DNA of 64,000 nucleotides from an uncultured virus (IMG/VR IMGVR_UViG_3300002835_000011) (IMGVR_UViG_3300002835_000011); one strand, 5' to 3'; positions 10,268 to 20,043 are shown, numbered from the stretch's first letter. The notes: generated by a model from the letters alone, not told the origin. Numbers and translations are program-made.

Positions 10268-10899
10268 CTCTATTAGTTTTATTTGTTACTTAAATATATG
10301 GAATTTTCCACAATAATAAAAATGATTTACTCTATTTTTTCCCTGATTTTTTTCCTTGCATCATCTAGGGACATAGAGCATTTTGTAGTAATGTATAAAG
10401 ATGTATAGAGATATTTGAATATATGTAAGATCTAGGAGGTTCCTCAGGTGATTTACCATAGATCTAGATTTCTTTACACACAAAAAACCCTAGATGATCA
10501 ATCTAGGGTTTCTGTTTTATTCCAAAGAATAAATATTTTATGAACTACAAATATAAGGATTTTTTTGAAATATAAAAATTAAATATATGGAATTCCTCCT
10601 GGGGTTCCTCAGCAGGTTATCTCTAGATGATGTGGTTTGTAGATGCACAAAAAAATCCCAAGATTGCTCTTGGGACTTTCAAAAACGACGAAATCTATGT
10701 TCGTTAATTCAAAAACGACGAAATTTATGAACCTAAACCTAAATTTCAAAAACAAATATAATAAACAATTTCTATATCACAACGATAAAACTATTGGATA
10801 TCCACTAGAAGGAACCTCCGCGGTACTAGCCAGCCTTGGATTTCTTGGTCCACAAAAAAGGCTTCCCTAAGGAAGCCCTTTTCATTTTTTTGTTCCAGA

Positions 10900-11199
10900 T
10901 TATGCCTCGGCAATTTCAGCAGGGGCTTGGAGGTGTTCTGAGGTTGTAAAGAAAGTTCTTCTTCCATTGCGGTGAACCCGGAAGACAATCTTATTATCCT
11001 CATTTTTGATTTTGGTGAATTTCAGAACAGTTCCAGGAGTTGCACAATAGGAATTTGTGTTTTCCAATTTCAGATTTCTGTATAATCTGATTTTGTGTTC
11101 AAAACTCATTTCAAACTTTTCTAAGGTCATCCAATCAGGTGTGTTGTTAACTGATTTCTTAACTGATTTTCTAACTACTGCTTTTTTTTCTGTTTTCAT
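10900..11199 (-). CDS. basic protein, NSYCA.PGT...GRRTFFTTS family, paralog 1
   Basis: near-identical domain in 11996 and 15505; start MKTEKK follows promoter. Confidence 0.85.
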   Translation of the reverse strand: MKTEKKAVVRKSVKKSVNNTPDWMTLEKFEMSFEHKIRLYRNLKLENTNSYCATPGTVLKFTKIKNEDNKIVFRVHRNGRRTFFTTSEHLQAPAEIAEA

Positions 11200-11571
11200 T
11201 TTGTATTTGTTTAATTGATTAACATAGCTAATATATGAGGTATCCCCCAATATAAAAAATGATTCTGGGAAAAAAGTGGAAATTTCTAGAAATTTTTTTT
11301 GGGGTCTCGCTGGGGTTCTTCAGGGAGCATATAAAAAATGAATATAATAAAATCCTCCTGGGGTTCCGCAGAGGAAGATGGGGGTTTTTGGTTGGCCGAG
11401 CGGATAGTCCGAGATCCCTAGGAAAAAAAGAGTAGTAGTGTGTATGTAATCTACTAGCCCTGCTTATTTCTCCTGGGGTTCCTCAGCAGGTTATCTCTAG
11501 CTGTGGATTTATAGATGCAAAAAAAAACTCAAGATTTCTCTTGAGTTTTTTTTGTTTGGGTTTGATTGGTT

Positions 11572-11727
11572 TTAGTACTGAAGAAGGTCTGCTGCAATAT
11601 CTCCGGTGGGATATCCATCTAGAGTTATTTCATAATTTGGGTCCATACCAGATAGTATAATATCTGTTAGTAGTTCATCTACTGATGTAAACCATTTTGT
11701 GTAATAATCACAGTTTAAAGAATACAT
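11572..11727 (-). CDS. 51-aa hypothetical protein
   Basis: MYSLNCDYYTKWFTSVDELLTDIILSGMDPNYEITLDGYPTGDIAADLLQY, with own promoter and terminator. Confidence 0.7.
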   Translation of the reverse strand: MYSLNCDYYTKWFTSVDELLTDIILSGMDPNYEITLDGYPTGDIAADLLQY

Positions 11728-11949
11728 TGGCTTTTGTTTAATTGATTAACATCTTAAATATAAGAATTACACACCAGGTAAAAAAATGATTTCTGAAAAA
11801 AGTGCCTACGCGTACGCACGTACGCACGCGTCCCCCAGGGAGCCCTGGTATATTAAAAGAGATAACATAGATAACATCCTAGCCTATCTCTAGTTCTCTG
11901 GGGTTCCCCGAGGAATCTTCCTAGCAACATCCAGATTTCTTAGGGCACA

Positions 11950-11980
11950 AAAAAAGGGAACCCGAAAGTTCCCCTCTTTT
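11950..11980 (-). terminator. intrinsic terminator, representative of many followed by TTTTTTGTG
   Basis: GGGAAC-loop-GTTCCC hairpin plus T-run on minus strand. Confidence 0.8.
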
Positions 11981-11995
11981 TAATTTTTAGTTTGA

Positions 11996-12322
11996 CTAAG
12001 CCTCGGCAACCTCCGGGGTTTTAAGCTCGGAGGAAGTTGTGAAGAAGGTGCGGCGACCATTGCGGTGAACCCGGAAGATAATCTTATTATCCTCATTTTT
12101 GATTTTAGTGAATTTCAAAGTGGTTCCCGGAGTTGCGCAATAAGAATTGGTTACCTCCAATTTCAGATTTCGGAATAATCTGATTTTATGGTCGAATGCC
12201 ATTTCAAATTTATCAAGGGTCATCCAATCTGGGTTTTGCGATTGAGCTTTTTTGCGCTCTCTGTAAGCCTTGTTCGCTGCTGCTTTTTTTGCTTTTTGTT
12301 CTGCTGTCATTTCCTTTTTCAT
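11996..12322 (-). CDS. basic protein, paralog 2 (AANKAYRERKK helix plus NSYCA domain)
   Basis: ORF track; paralogy. Confidence 0.9.
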   Translation of the reverse strand: MKKEMTAEQKAKKAAANKAYRERKKAQSQNPDWMTLDKFEMAFDHKIRLFRNLKLEVTNSYCATPGTTLKFTKIKNEDNKIIFRVHRNGRRTFFTTSSELKTPEVAEA

Positions 12323-12534
12323 TTTGTATTTGTTTAATTGATTAACTATACAAATATATGTAGAATATTCTAATATAAAAAATGATTCTGGGAAAAATGT
12401 AGAAATTTCTAAAAATAATTTCTGGACCAGCCTAAAGCTCCTGGGGTTCCCCGAGGAAGCAGGGCTGGCTGGTTAGATTTCTTAGGGCATAAAAAAAGCC
12501 CGAGCTGGGCTTACCAATGCTCGGGCTTTATGAT

Positions 12535-12654
12535 TTAATCCTCTTTGGATTTTTCTTTGTGTTTTTTCTTTCTTGTGTACTTCTTACTGTTTCTGTAAAC
12601 GTTTGGCCTAGTTGCCATTCTGATTTCCTGTAGAGTAACTTCTATCTTTTCCAT
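12535..12654 (-). CDS. 39-aa basic peptide resembling ArfA
   Basis: MEKIEVTLQEIRMATRPNVYRNSKKYTRKKKHKEKSKED; start overlaps upstream stop (TAATG). Confidence 0.65.
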   Translation of the reverse strand: MEKIEVTLQEIRMATRPNVYRNSKKYTRKKKHKEKSKED

Positions 12655-12788
12655 TAGAATTCAAAACTTGCTGTGCTGTGTACGTTGCCGGTTACAACTT
12701 GAAAAGTTGCATAGGCTAAAGACACTAATGTCATTGTCATTAAAGTTGCCACCCAAATTGTTGCGATTACATTGATTGTTCTTTCCAT
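12654..12788 (-). CDS. 44-aa single-TM peptide
   Basis: MERTINVIATIWVATLMTMTLVSLAYATFQVVTGNVHSTASFEF after early promoter. Confidence 0.7.
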   Translation of the reverse strand: MERTINVIATIWVATLMTMTLVSLAYATFQVVTGNVHSTASFEF

Positions 12789-13053
12789 TTTGTTTTTGTT
12801 TAATTGATTAACTTAGCAAATATAGAAAATTCTATTTATTTAAAAAAATGATTTCTAAAATTTCTGAGCATTTCCCTCGGGGTTCCTCAGAGAGTTTCAG
12901 CTGGGCATGCAGCTGGATCAGATGCTCGGAGGTTCCTCAGTATGTTTCCCCAGCAGAAGGGTAAAAAATCCTTGGTGCGCAAAAAAGGGATCCGAGCCGA
13001 GGTCGAATCCCTTTAGGGTTGTTAATCATTAAACTACGGAACAGCTTAATATT

Positions 13054-13341
13054 TTACTTATCTATAAAATGGTCTTTTGTTGAATGGAAAAAGCTTCTTA
13101 TTCTTTGACCTGTGTATTCTGTTTCTGGTTGGAGGCTTTCAAACATTACGTGAACATCTCCTTGCATTTCAAGTATTTTATTTAGTATCTCAGACATTGC
13201 TGAGTGACTTTGAAGTGTGATGTAGCAGTCAGGAAACCTTTCATCCCTTTGCACTTCTATATTTTGTATTACCTCTGGACAGTGACCCATGAATTGTATT
13301 ACATCATAAAGGCATTCTGCTCTAAATTTGTAAGTGTTCAT
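13054..13341 (-). CDS. hypothetical protein
   Basis: ORF with promoter and terminator. Confidence 0.8.
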   Translation of the reverse strand: MNTYKFRAECLYDVIQFMGHCPEVIQNIEVQRDERFPDCYITLQSHSAMSEILNKILEMQGDVHVMFESLQPETEYTGQRIRSFFHSTKDHFIDK

Positions 13342-13449
13342 AAGGTAAATGTAATTAAAATGTCTTTTTTAAAAAAATGATTCCTGATTTTATCCTCTAC
13401 GCGTACGTATGCACGCGGCCTCCTGCCGGGGACCCCGGTATATTAGGGG

Positions 13450-13626
13450 TTAGCTTCTTTCATCAATAGTGATTTTAAGAATTCTTGTTCCGATCCATGT
13501 TAATGAACCTGCAATAATAGCTACTGGTACATTGCCTGTGATTACAGAAGCAAAGAAGATAAACGCTGCTGTTAATACTAATAGAGCTGTGATAGCTAAA
13601 TTGATTGATGATGCTAGATTTTCCAT
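13450..13626 (-). CDS. 58-aa 2-TM protein
   Basis: manual translation MENLASSINLAITALLVLTAAFIFFASVITGNVPVAIIAGSLTWIGTRILKITIDERS. Confidence 0.65.
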   Translation of the reverse strand: MENLASSINLAITALLVLTAAFIFFASVITGNVPVAIIAGSLTWIGTRILKITIDERS

Positions 13627-13666
13627 AGATGTTTAATTGATTTACTTAGCTAATATATAGAATCTT

Positions 13667-13933
13667 CTACATTAATAAAAATGATTTCATGAAAAAATAA
13701 GTAATTACAGAACCGATGGCGTAGCCAACTGCGGAGGCTAGAGCCATTCTTAGTCTCTCATTCCAGCTCTTACTCTCAACCATATAACCAACGAAGGGTA
13801 GTCCTAAGAAAGGTCCGATGAATGCAAAGATCATCATACCTATGAGGTTCTTTTCTGAAACATAAGTGATGTAAAAAGTTGCACCAATCTCAAGTACTAA
13901 TGCAGCTGTTCCTATAATTAAGTATTTCTTCAT
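13667..13933 (-). CDS. small 3-TM membrane protein
   Basis: hydrophobic 88-aa ORF. Confidence 0.75.
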   Translation of the reverse strand: MKKYLIIGTAALVLEIGATFYITYVSEKNLIGMMIFAFIGPFLGLPFVGYMVESKSWNERLRMALASAVGYAIGSVITYFFMKSFLLM

Positions 13934-14102
13934 TGATTATGTATGATACAAATATATAGATTTTTCTATAAAATAAAAAATGATTACAAAAATAAACCTA
14001 TAGGTTAAGTCTGATCAGACTTCCTGGGGTTCCTCAGAGAATCTAGCATATGCTGCTTGAAAATCTTGGTCCACAAAAAAAGACCCTTTGTGGGTCTTTC
14101 TT

Positions 14103-14330
14103 TTAACTTGAGTTTTCTTTGGGCTCTCCCTTGTTACGTGGGAGTGGTTTGTTTGGATTTATAATAGAAGCCCTTAATCCGGGCTGGCCTCGAGGTAGGA
14201 TAAAGTTGTGATTTGGGTATCCTACCGATTGCTCTCCGTTGTAGCTATAATTGGGTTGGTCAATCCCTTGTAGTTGCTGTGTTACGGGGACCAGGAGAGC
14301 TAAGATGAAAAGTGTTATTAAGTATATCAT
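14103..14330 (-). CDS. hypothetical peptide with hydrophobic N-terminus; 3' part may be structured RNA
   Basis: ORF after promoter; several internal hairpins. Confidence 0.4.
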   Translation of the reverse strand: MIYLITLFILALLVPVTQQLQGIDQPNYSYNGEQSVGYPNHNFILPRGQPGLRASIINPNKPLPRNKGEPKENSS

Positions 14331-14442
14331 GTGCCTTTGTGTTATAAGGTAAATGTAGAAAATTCTATTTAATTAAAAAAATGATTTCTTAAAATATTAT
14401 TTTCTCTTCCACTCTGGCCGATCTCTCTCGTAGGAAAAAAAC

Positions 14443-14916
14443 CTACACGCATTTATTTGAACGAACCCAAGATAAAAATTTACCCTCATCGTCTAAAAAA
14501 AGATGCTGATTTTTTTTCTTTTGATCGAATTCATACATATTTGTGACTTTTGCAATTTCTTTATCAGTCATATAAATCCAATCTTGATTGGCACCGTCTA
14601 TTACAAATTTTTTTCCGTTATCGTCATTCAATATTTGGAGGCATATTCTAAATCCTTTTAATGGTTTCCCATAAGCTTCCATATAGCAACACGAGCGATT
14701 TCTTATAGCATCTTTCCTTAAATCGTCAAAAAACTTCGTAGCCTCTTTAACATCGTAAAAAGTATAAGTCTTTTTAGGATAGTGTTGAAATAACTCATAT
14801 ATTTCAACGGTTATCTTTTCTTTCTTCAAAGAATCGGATAAAGATTTTTTTATAAATACAATATCTTTCTTACTATAATTTGATAAAATATCCTTGACTA
14901 ATTCTTTTTTTGTCAT
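14443..14916 (-). CDS. hypothetical protein
   Basis: ORF track, promoter upstream. Confidence 0.8.
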   Translation of the reverse strand: MTKKELVKDILSNYSKKDIVFIKKSLSDSLKKEKITVEIYELFQHYPKKTYTFYDVKEATKFFDDLRKDAIRNRSCCYMEAYGKPLKGFRICLQILNDDNGKKFVIDGANQDWIYMTDKEIAKVTNMYEFDQKKKNQHLFLDDEGKFLSWVRSNKCV

Positions 14917-14981
14917 TTTTTATTATTTAATTGATCTACTTAGCTAATATAGAAAATTCTACATAAATAAAAAAAATGATT

Positions 14982-15356
14982 TTAGTAAATAATATACAGC
15001 TTGCTACCTCGGCTTTCTATGAGATGGAAATCTTTACCGTCAACATTGACATCCCTAAAGTTCCAGTTTGCAGCTACCCTGGGGTTGTACCGTAGTCTTT
15101 GCACTTCTTCTAAATCTTCCGGTAGCTTATCTTTTATTATGACATCGTCGCAAAGGATCCATGCACACACGCTTTTATTTGCGCCTAATAAGATTTTATT
15201 GGCAGTCTTAGGATTATTCCTGAGACGACATTTTTTAAGCGTTAAATCGCTTTTATTTGGATCAATGTATTCCACACTGCCATCAGGATAAGCTATCTTC
15301 CACTTCATGTGGTTCTTACCCTTGCTTAAATTGAATCTCACTTTTATACTAGCCAT
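14982..15356 (-). CDS. hypothetical phage protein
   Basis: ORF track; VRFNL..G...KW, K.VCAW, YNP motifs. Confidence 0.8.
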   Translation of the reverse strand: MASIKVRFNLSKGKNHMKWKIAYPDGSVEYIDPNKSDLTLKKCRLRNNPKTANKILLGANKSVCAWILCDDVIIKDKLPEDLEEVQRLRYNPRVAANWNFRDVNVDGKDFHLIESRGSKLYIIY

Positions 15357-15504
15357 ATCCTAAAGGTAGAATTATCTCGTTAAGATAAAAAATGATTTCT
15401 GATCAGAACTCCTGGGGTTCCCCGAGGAATCTTCCTAGCAACATCCAGATTTCTTGGGCCACAAAAAAAGGAGCCCGAAGGCTCCTTTCCAGGAAGTGCC
15501 GAGA

Positions 15505-15810
15505 CTAAGCCTCGACTAGAAATTCGGAGGTGGTGAAGAAGGTTCTGCGCCCAGTTCTTTTAACTCGGAAAAGGATTTTGTTATCCTCATTTTTAATTCG
15601 AGTAAAGGATAGTACGGTTCCAGGACTCGCACAATAGGAATTTGTTATTTCCAATTTAAGGTTTTTGAAAAGTCGAACTTTGTGAGCGAAGCTCATTTCG
15701 AATTTTTCTAATTCCATCCAATTTTGTGATTGCATTTTTTTGCGCTCACGATAAGCTTTGTTCGCTGCTGCTTTTTTTGCTTTTTGTTCTGCTGACATCT
15801 CCTTTTTCAT
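15505..15810 (-). CDS. basic protein, paralog 3
   Basis: nearly identical to 11996-12322. Confidence 0.9.
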   Translation of the reverse strand: MKKEMSAEQKAKKAAANKAYRERKKMQSQNWMELEKFEMSFAHKVRLFKNLKLEITNSYCASPGTVLSFTRIKNEDNKILFRVKRTGRRTFFTTSEFLVEA

Positions 15811-16029
15811 AAATAAATAATTTAATTGGTTAACAATACAAATATAAGTAGATTATTCTACATATAAAAATGATTCTTGGAAAAATGTGGAATTTTCTAA
15901 AAATAATTTCCAGGCCAGCCTAAAGTTCCTGGGGTTCCCCAAAGAATCTTGAATCGGGCGAAGCAAAAGCTGCGAGCACGAAAAAGGCCGGATGCGAGTC
16001 CGACCTTTCCCTGTTAATCAATCAAACTA

Positions 16030-16353
16030 CTAAGAAGCAGAACGATACTTAGCAGCATCCTCGTTATTCATCCCCCAATAGAATATCTCCCAATATCCGG
16101 AAAGAGAATAACCAATATCTCTATAAAGCTTTCTCCAAGCTTCATCATTTTTTGTTATACCTGTTGCAAAGAAAAGAGATACAATGTTATTTAAACCACC
16201 CATATCATCAACTAGTTTACAGACCATAGGATCTTCTTTCCATCTTGGACCATGTCCTTCGTCGATGATTTCATGATCGTGGTGAGATTCTTTAGTCATG
16301 ATTTCTGCAAAGAGTTCATGGGATTCAAAAGTGTCTCTTGGTATTGTTTCCAT
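16030..16353 (-). CDS. hypothetical protein (IGYSLSGY.E motif)
   Basis: ORF track. Confidence 0.8.
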   Translation of the reverse strand: METIPRDTFESHELFAEIMTKESHHDHEIIDEGHGPRWKEDPMVCKLVDDMGGLNNIVSLFFATGITKNDEAWRKLYRDIGYSLSGYWEIFYWGMNNEDAAKYRSAS

Positions 16354-16483
16354 ATAGCTAATGTAGTAAAAACTATTTGATTAAAAAAATGATTTCTCTC
16401 TCGCACGTATGCGAGGCCTCCTGCCGGGGACCCCGTAAAAAAAGGAGACCGAAGCCTCCTTTCTTTTTTGTTAATCAACCAAC

Positions 16484-17329
16484 CTATGAAACGTATTGCT
16501 TTAATAATCTTGAGCGGTTCGTAGCTTTAAGCTTGCGAATTCCTTTGTGATAAATTTGTTCTACGCGTTCTTCTGAAACGCCTAGGTCTTTTGCTATTCC
16601 GTCTTTAGACTTTTGCGCTTGACCGTTAATTCCAAACCAGGTAGAGATAACATAGTTTTCTCTTTCGTCCAGTGTGGAAAGTACTGCGGAGATTTGTTTG
16701 ATGAAGCCTAGTTTTTCTATAGCCGCATCTGAAACTGATCCATCTGATAATGTATCCCCGAGTGTGAAGTCCTCTTCCCCGATAGGAGTACTGAGCGAGA
16801 CTGAGGATTGTGTTTGATACTTTTCCGGCTCGAACCCTAATGATGCTGTTGCCAAGTCAACCGAGGTGAACCCTTCCTCCTTCATTATCTGGTCCATTTG
16901 TCGGGAAATTTTCTTTTGGATGTTGATTTGATTTAGCGGTAACTTTACCAATCGCCCTTTCTCTTTTAGCGATTCCATAACCGCCTGACGAATCCACCAA
17001 ACCGCAAATGAGATAAAGCGAACTCCTTTTGTTGGGTCGAAGAAGTTGGAAGCTTTAACTAATCCCACATTACCTTCGTTTATCAAATCCATTAGTTCCA
17101 AGCCCGAACCCTGATACTGCTTAGCAACCGATACGACAAATCTTAAGTTGCCCTCGACAAATCTCTGACGAGCTTTCTCGTCTAATCCATTCTGCCCCGA
17201 TACAATACGATCGCAAAGAACTTTTTCTTCTTCTGCGCTAATCATCGGGATTTTAGTTATCTCACTTAAGTAAGCATCTACTACTTCGTTACGTCCTGTA
17301 ACTGATTGTTGGAAAGAATGATGTTTCAT
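16484..17329 (-). CDS. sigma70-family RNA polymerase sigma factor, Bacteroidota SigA/RpoD-like
   Basis: YLSEI (region 1.2); NLRFVVSVAKQYQ..G..L.DLINEGN.GL..A...FDP.KG.RFISFAVWWIRQ (region 2); region 4 HTH GVSEERVEQI. Confidence 0.93.
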   Translation of the reverse strand: MKHHSFQQSVTGRNEVVDAYLSEITKIPMISAEEEKVLCDRIVSGQNGLDEKARQRFVEGNLRFVVSVAKQYQGSGLELMDLINEGNVGLVKASNFFDPTKGVRFISFAVWWIRQAVMESLKEKGRLVKLPLNQINIQKKISRQMDQIMKEEGFTSVDLATASLGFEPEKYQTQSSVSLSTPIGEEDFTLGDTLSDGSVSDAAIEKLGFIKQISAVLSTLDERENYVISTWFGINGQAQKSKDGIAKDLGVSEERVEQIYHKGIRKLKATNRSRLLKQYVS

Positions 17330-17413
17330 TTTGTATTGATTTAATTGATTAACAAAGCAAATATAGAAATTTCTACTTAAACAAAAAAATGATTTTGGAA
17401 AAAAAATGAATTT

Positions 17414-17992
17414 TTACATAATTCTATTCATTATGTATAAAACATTTTCCCTTCCTACACAAACTTTAAATTCTTCCCAGTTATTCCTCAATATACAAGT
17501 CTCGGGCTTTACTTCGAAAAAAATATCCCCACTATTCCATCCATACTCACCCTCAGGTCGATCTAAGCTAATTAGATTTTTTTTGTCTACATCTTCCTCT
17601 TTACATAAAGAAAAACTTTGATTATCTCCGGAGAATCTTACAAATCTATTTTCTTTACTATATTCCAGTATTTCAAGATTTTCATAGAGATCCTCGTCTA
17701 CACTCTTACCATTGAGAATATAACTTTCAACCGTTCCAACAAAAATGTAATTCTCACTCGTGAAACATGCTATAGAATAAGATTTTCTATTTTCTTCTTC
17801 TTCCCTCCATTCATCAAGCCATTCTCCCCGCAATTCCTCAAGCCATTCGTCCGTTTCTAAAGAATGGTATAATTTCTCCAACTCGACATCACTCATAGCT
17901 TCTAATTCCTTAATTTCAAAATTCGAGGTTGATGAAATTATTTCTATTCTATCCGCTCTAGTCCATGTTTTCGCTGATCCCATATTTTTCAT
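17414..17992 (-). CDS. acidic hypothetical protein
   Basis: ORF track. Confidence 0.75.
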   Translation of the reverse strand: MKNMGSAKTWTRADRIEIISSTSNFEIKELEAMSDVELEKLYHSLETDEWLEELRGEWLDEWREEEENRKSYSIACFTSENYIFVGTVESYILNGKSVDEDLYENLEILEYSKENRFVRFSGDNQSFSLCKEEDVDKKNLISLDRPEGEYGWNSGDIFFEVKPETCILRNNWEEFKVCVGRENVLYIMNRIM

Positions 17993-18318
17993 TTTTCGTA
18001 GATGTCAATATACTCGATCTTCTTATCAAGAATATCAAACAAATCTTCTAAGTAAACATTTTCGATCTTTTCTTTTATCGTACCATGAGATGAGGTAAGG
18101 TAAGCATCGAACAGGTCAGCTCCATTGACGAAAAGATACACATGTCCTGTATGGTGGTGTCCTTGAACATTAAAGCGGAGACCCCGATTTTTTATGTTAA
18201 CAAAATTGTGCGGTCCCCAAGACCAGAACTTCGACTGGTGCTCATAAAGAAACCCTACGAGTCCTTTTACGTCCATATCTCTGGAGGACCTTGCTATTTT
18301 TAGAGGATCTATTTTCAT
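17989..18318 (-). CDS. hypothetical phage protein
   Basis: WSWG..., L.F.VQG.HH.G.V motif; ATGA coupling. Confidence 0.8.
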   Translation of the reverse strand: MKIDPLKIARSSRDMDVKGLVGFLYEHQSKFWSWGPHNFVNIKNRGLRFNVQGHHHTGHVYLFVNGADLFDAYLTSSHGTIKEKIENVYLEDLFDILDKKIEYIDIYEK

Positions 18319-18320
18319 AA

Positions 18321-18542
18321 TTAAAGAATTTGAAGTTTATCGTAATCCTCGTCTACTATGAACCAATCGGTAGAATCACCATCAAAGTTAACGATGATGA
18401 AATCCTTCCGAACATCCTTTATTATGAATGAGCCCTCTGTTATTATTTGTTCGTCTGCACTAACTATGCCTTCGGAGCTTTGAGAAGGTTCACATGATAT
18501 CCAAACCTCCCCAACTATTTTACCTTTCTTTCCTTTCTTCAT
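18321..18542 (-). CDS. hypothetical protein
   Basis: ORF track, promoter upstream. Confidence 0.75.
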   Translation of the reverse strand: MKKGKKGKIVGEVWISCEPSQSSEGIVSADEQIITEGSFIIKDVRKDFIIVNFDGDSTDWFIVDEDYDKLQIL

Positions 18543-18609
18543 ATTGATTGATTACTTAGCTAATATATGGAATTTTCTACAGATAAAAAAATGATTTCTG
18601 AATGTTTAA

Positions 18610-18882
18610 TTAAAATGAAATACCGTTATTAGTAGTTTCGAATATGTCTACCGATGTCCCTTCGTTCTCTTCAACAAATTCTTCTACAGCTTGATCATAT
18701 TCATCCTCGTCATCATAATCTTCTAAACGTGGGCTAGGCTCTACGCCAATCATCGAATAAACTATTTCTCTTGCTTCATCCTCATCCGAAGCTTCAATAA
18801 TATATGTTTGAACCCCTTCCTTGTCTCCTTGTATAGTTCCTAGACAGCTTTGAAATACCACCACTGCTAAATAGTTCTTCAT
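18610..18882 (-). CDS. acidic hypothetical protein
   Basis: ORF track, promoter upstream. Confidence 0.75.
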   Translation of the reverse strand: MKNYLAVVVFQSCLGTIQGDKEGVQTYIIEASDEDEAREIVYSMIGVEPSPRLEDYDDEDEYDQAVEEFVEENEGTSVDIFETTNNGISF

Positions 18883-19049
18883 TATTCTTTTTTTAATTGG
18901 TTACTTAGCTAATATATGGAATTTTCTACAATATAAAAAATGATTCTGAAGATTCTTGCTCTGGGGTTCCTCAGGAGATTTAGGATGGCCTTAGTTTTTT
19001 CACACAAAAAAAGGAGCATAAGCTCCTTTTAGAATTAAGTTTGGTAAAT

Positions 19050-19832
19050 TTAATAAACGATTTTACTTCTTTCTATTTTAGCATCCTTCCATTTATCTTC
19101 CGCATTATTGTATTCTTCCTCTGTAATTTCAATATATTCCATTTCAAAGCCAAAGGAATCGTCCCTAACGTAATCTGAATACCAAAATTGATCCTCCCAC
19201 TCACGTAGGGTTTCAATTATGTCTGTCACTTCTTGTTCACAAATATAATCCCATATGTTTTCACTAGTATTTCCATATGTATCAACAATAAATTCTAAGC
19301 TATCAGGATCTGATGAATTTGCTTTGGCTATAAAGTCTATTAATGGTCCATCAGGACTTAATATAATCGCCTCTATCCTATAAAATTTTTGTTGTAGTGT
19401 GTTTGTTAGCTCTAATATACTATTAATTTCTTTCTCATCTTCTATAAATAAAATATCCTCTAATTCCCTAAATATTCTTTTCATCTCGGATTTGTTTTTT
19501 TCGCCATAATTAATATCATCAATATCATGGCCTTCATTTTCCTCAATAGCGGATTTAATCCAATCAGGAGCTTTTTCTGAATCTATATAAACGGTTTCTA
19601 GTAATTCATAATAAGAATGCCCTCCATCTTGGTCTCTACATTCCATAGATTCTAGATCTCCATAAGCATATTCCCCGTGTCCTGCCATACATGCATGTAT
19701 TAGAAGATTATTGGAGAGCTTATCGTTATTCCCTATTATTATTGCTTTTCCCCCCGAGTACTCAAACCCTCCAGATCCGTAATTCATCGAATGATTACAC
19801 TCGTATACTCTTACCTTAATTTTTTTTCCCAT
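19050..19832 (-). CDS. acidic protein sharing its C-terminal domain with 21449-21955
   Basis: KFYRI...IDFIAK..S.DP.SLE...EITEEEYN..DKWKDA. Confidence 0.85.
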   Translation of the reverse strand: MGKKIKVRVYECNHSMNYGSGGFEYSGGKAIIIGNNDKLSNNLLIHACMAGHGEYAYGDLESMECRDQDGGHSYYELLETVYIDSEKAPDWIKSAIEENEGHDIDDINYGEKNKSEMKRIFRELEDILFIEDEKEINSILELTNTLQQKFYRIEAIILSPDGPLIDFIAKANSSDPDSLEFIVDTYGNTSENIWDYICEQEVTDIIETLREWEDQFWYSDYVRDDSFGFEMEYIEITEEEYNNAEDKWKDAKIERSKIVY

Positions 19833-20043
19833 GTTTATATTATTTTATTGGTTACTTAGCTAATATATAGAATTTTCTACAGATAAAAAAATGATTCTGA
19901 AGATTCTTGCTCTGGGGTTCCTCAGGAGATCTTCATAGCTTACCAAAAAATTTACCATAAAAAAAGAGGACTTAAAAGTCCTCTCTTAGTTTTGCCATCT
20001 CTCAACCCCTCGGTGTATTGTAGCGGCTATATTACGTTCATGT

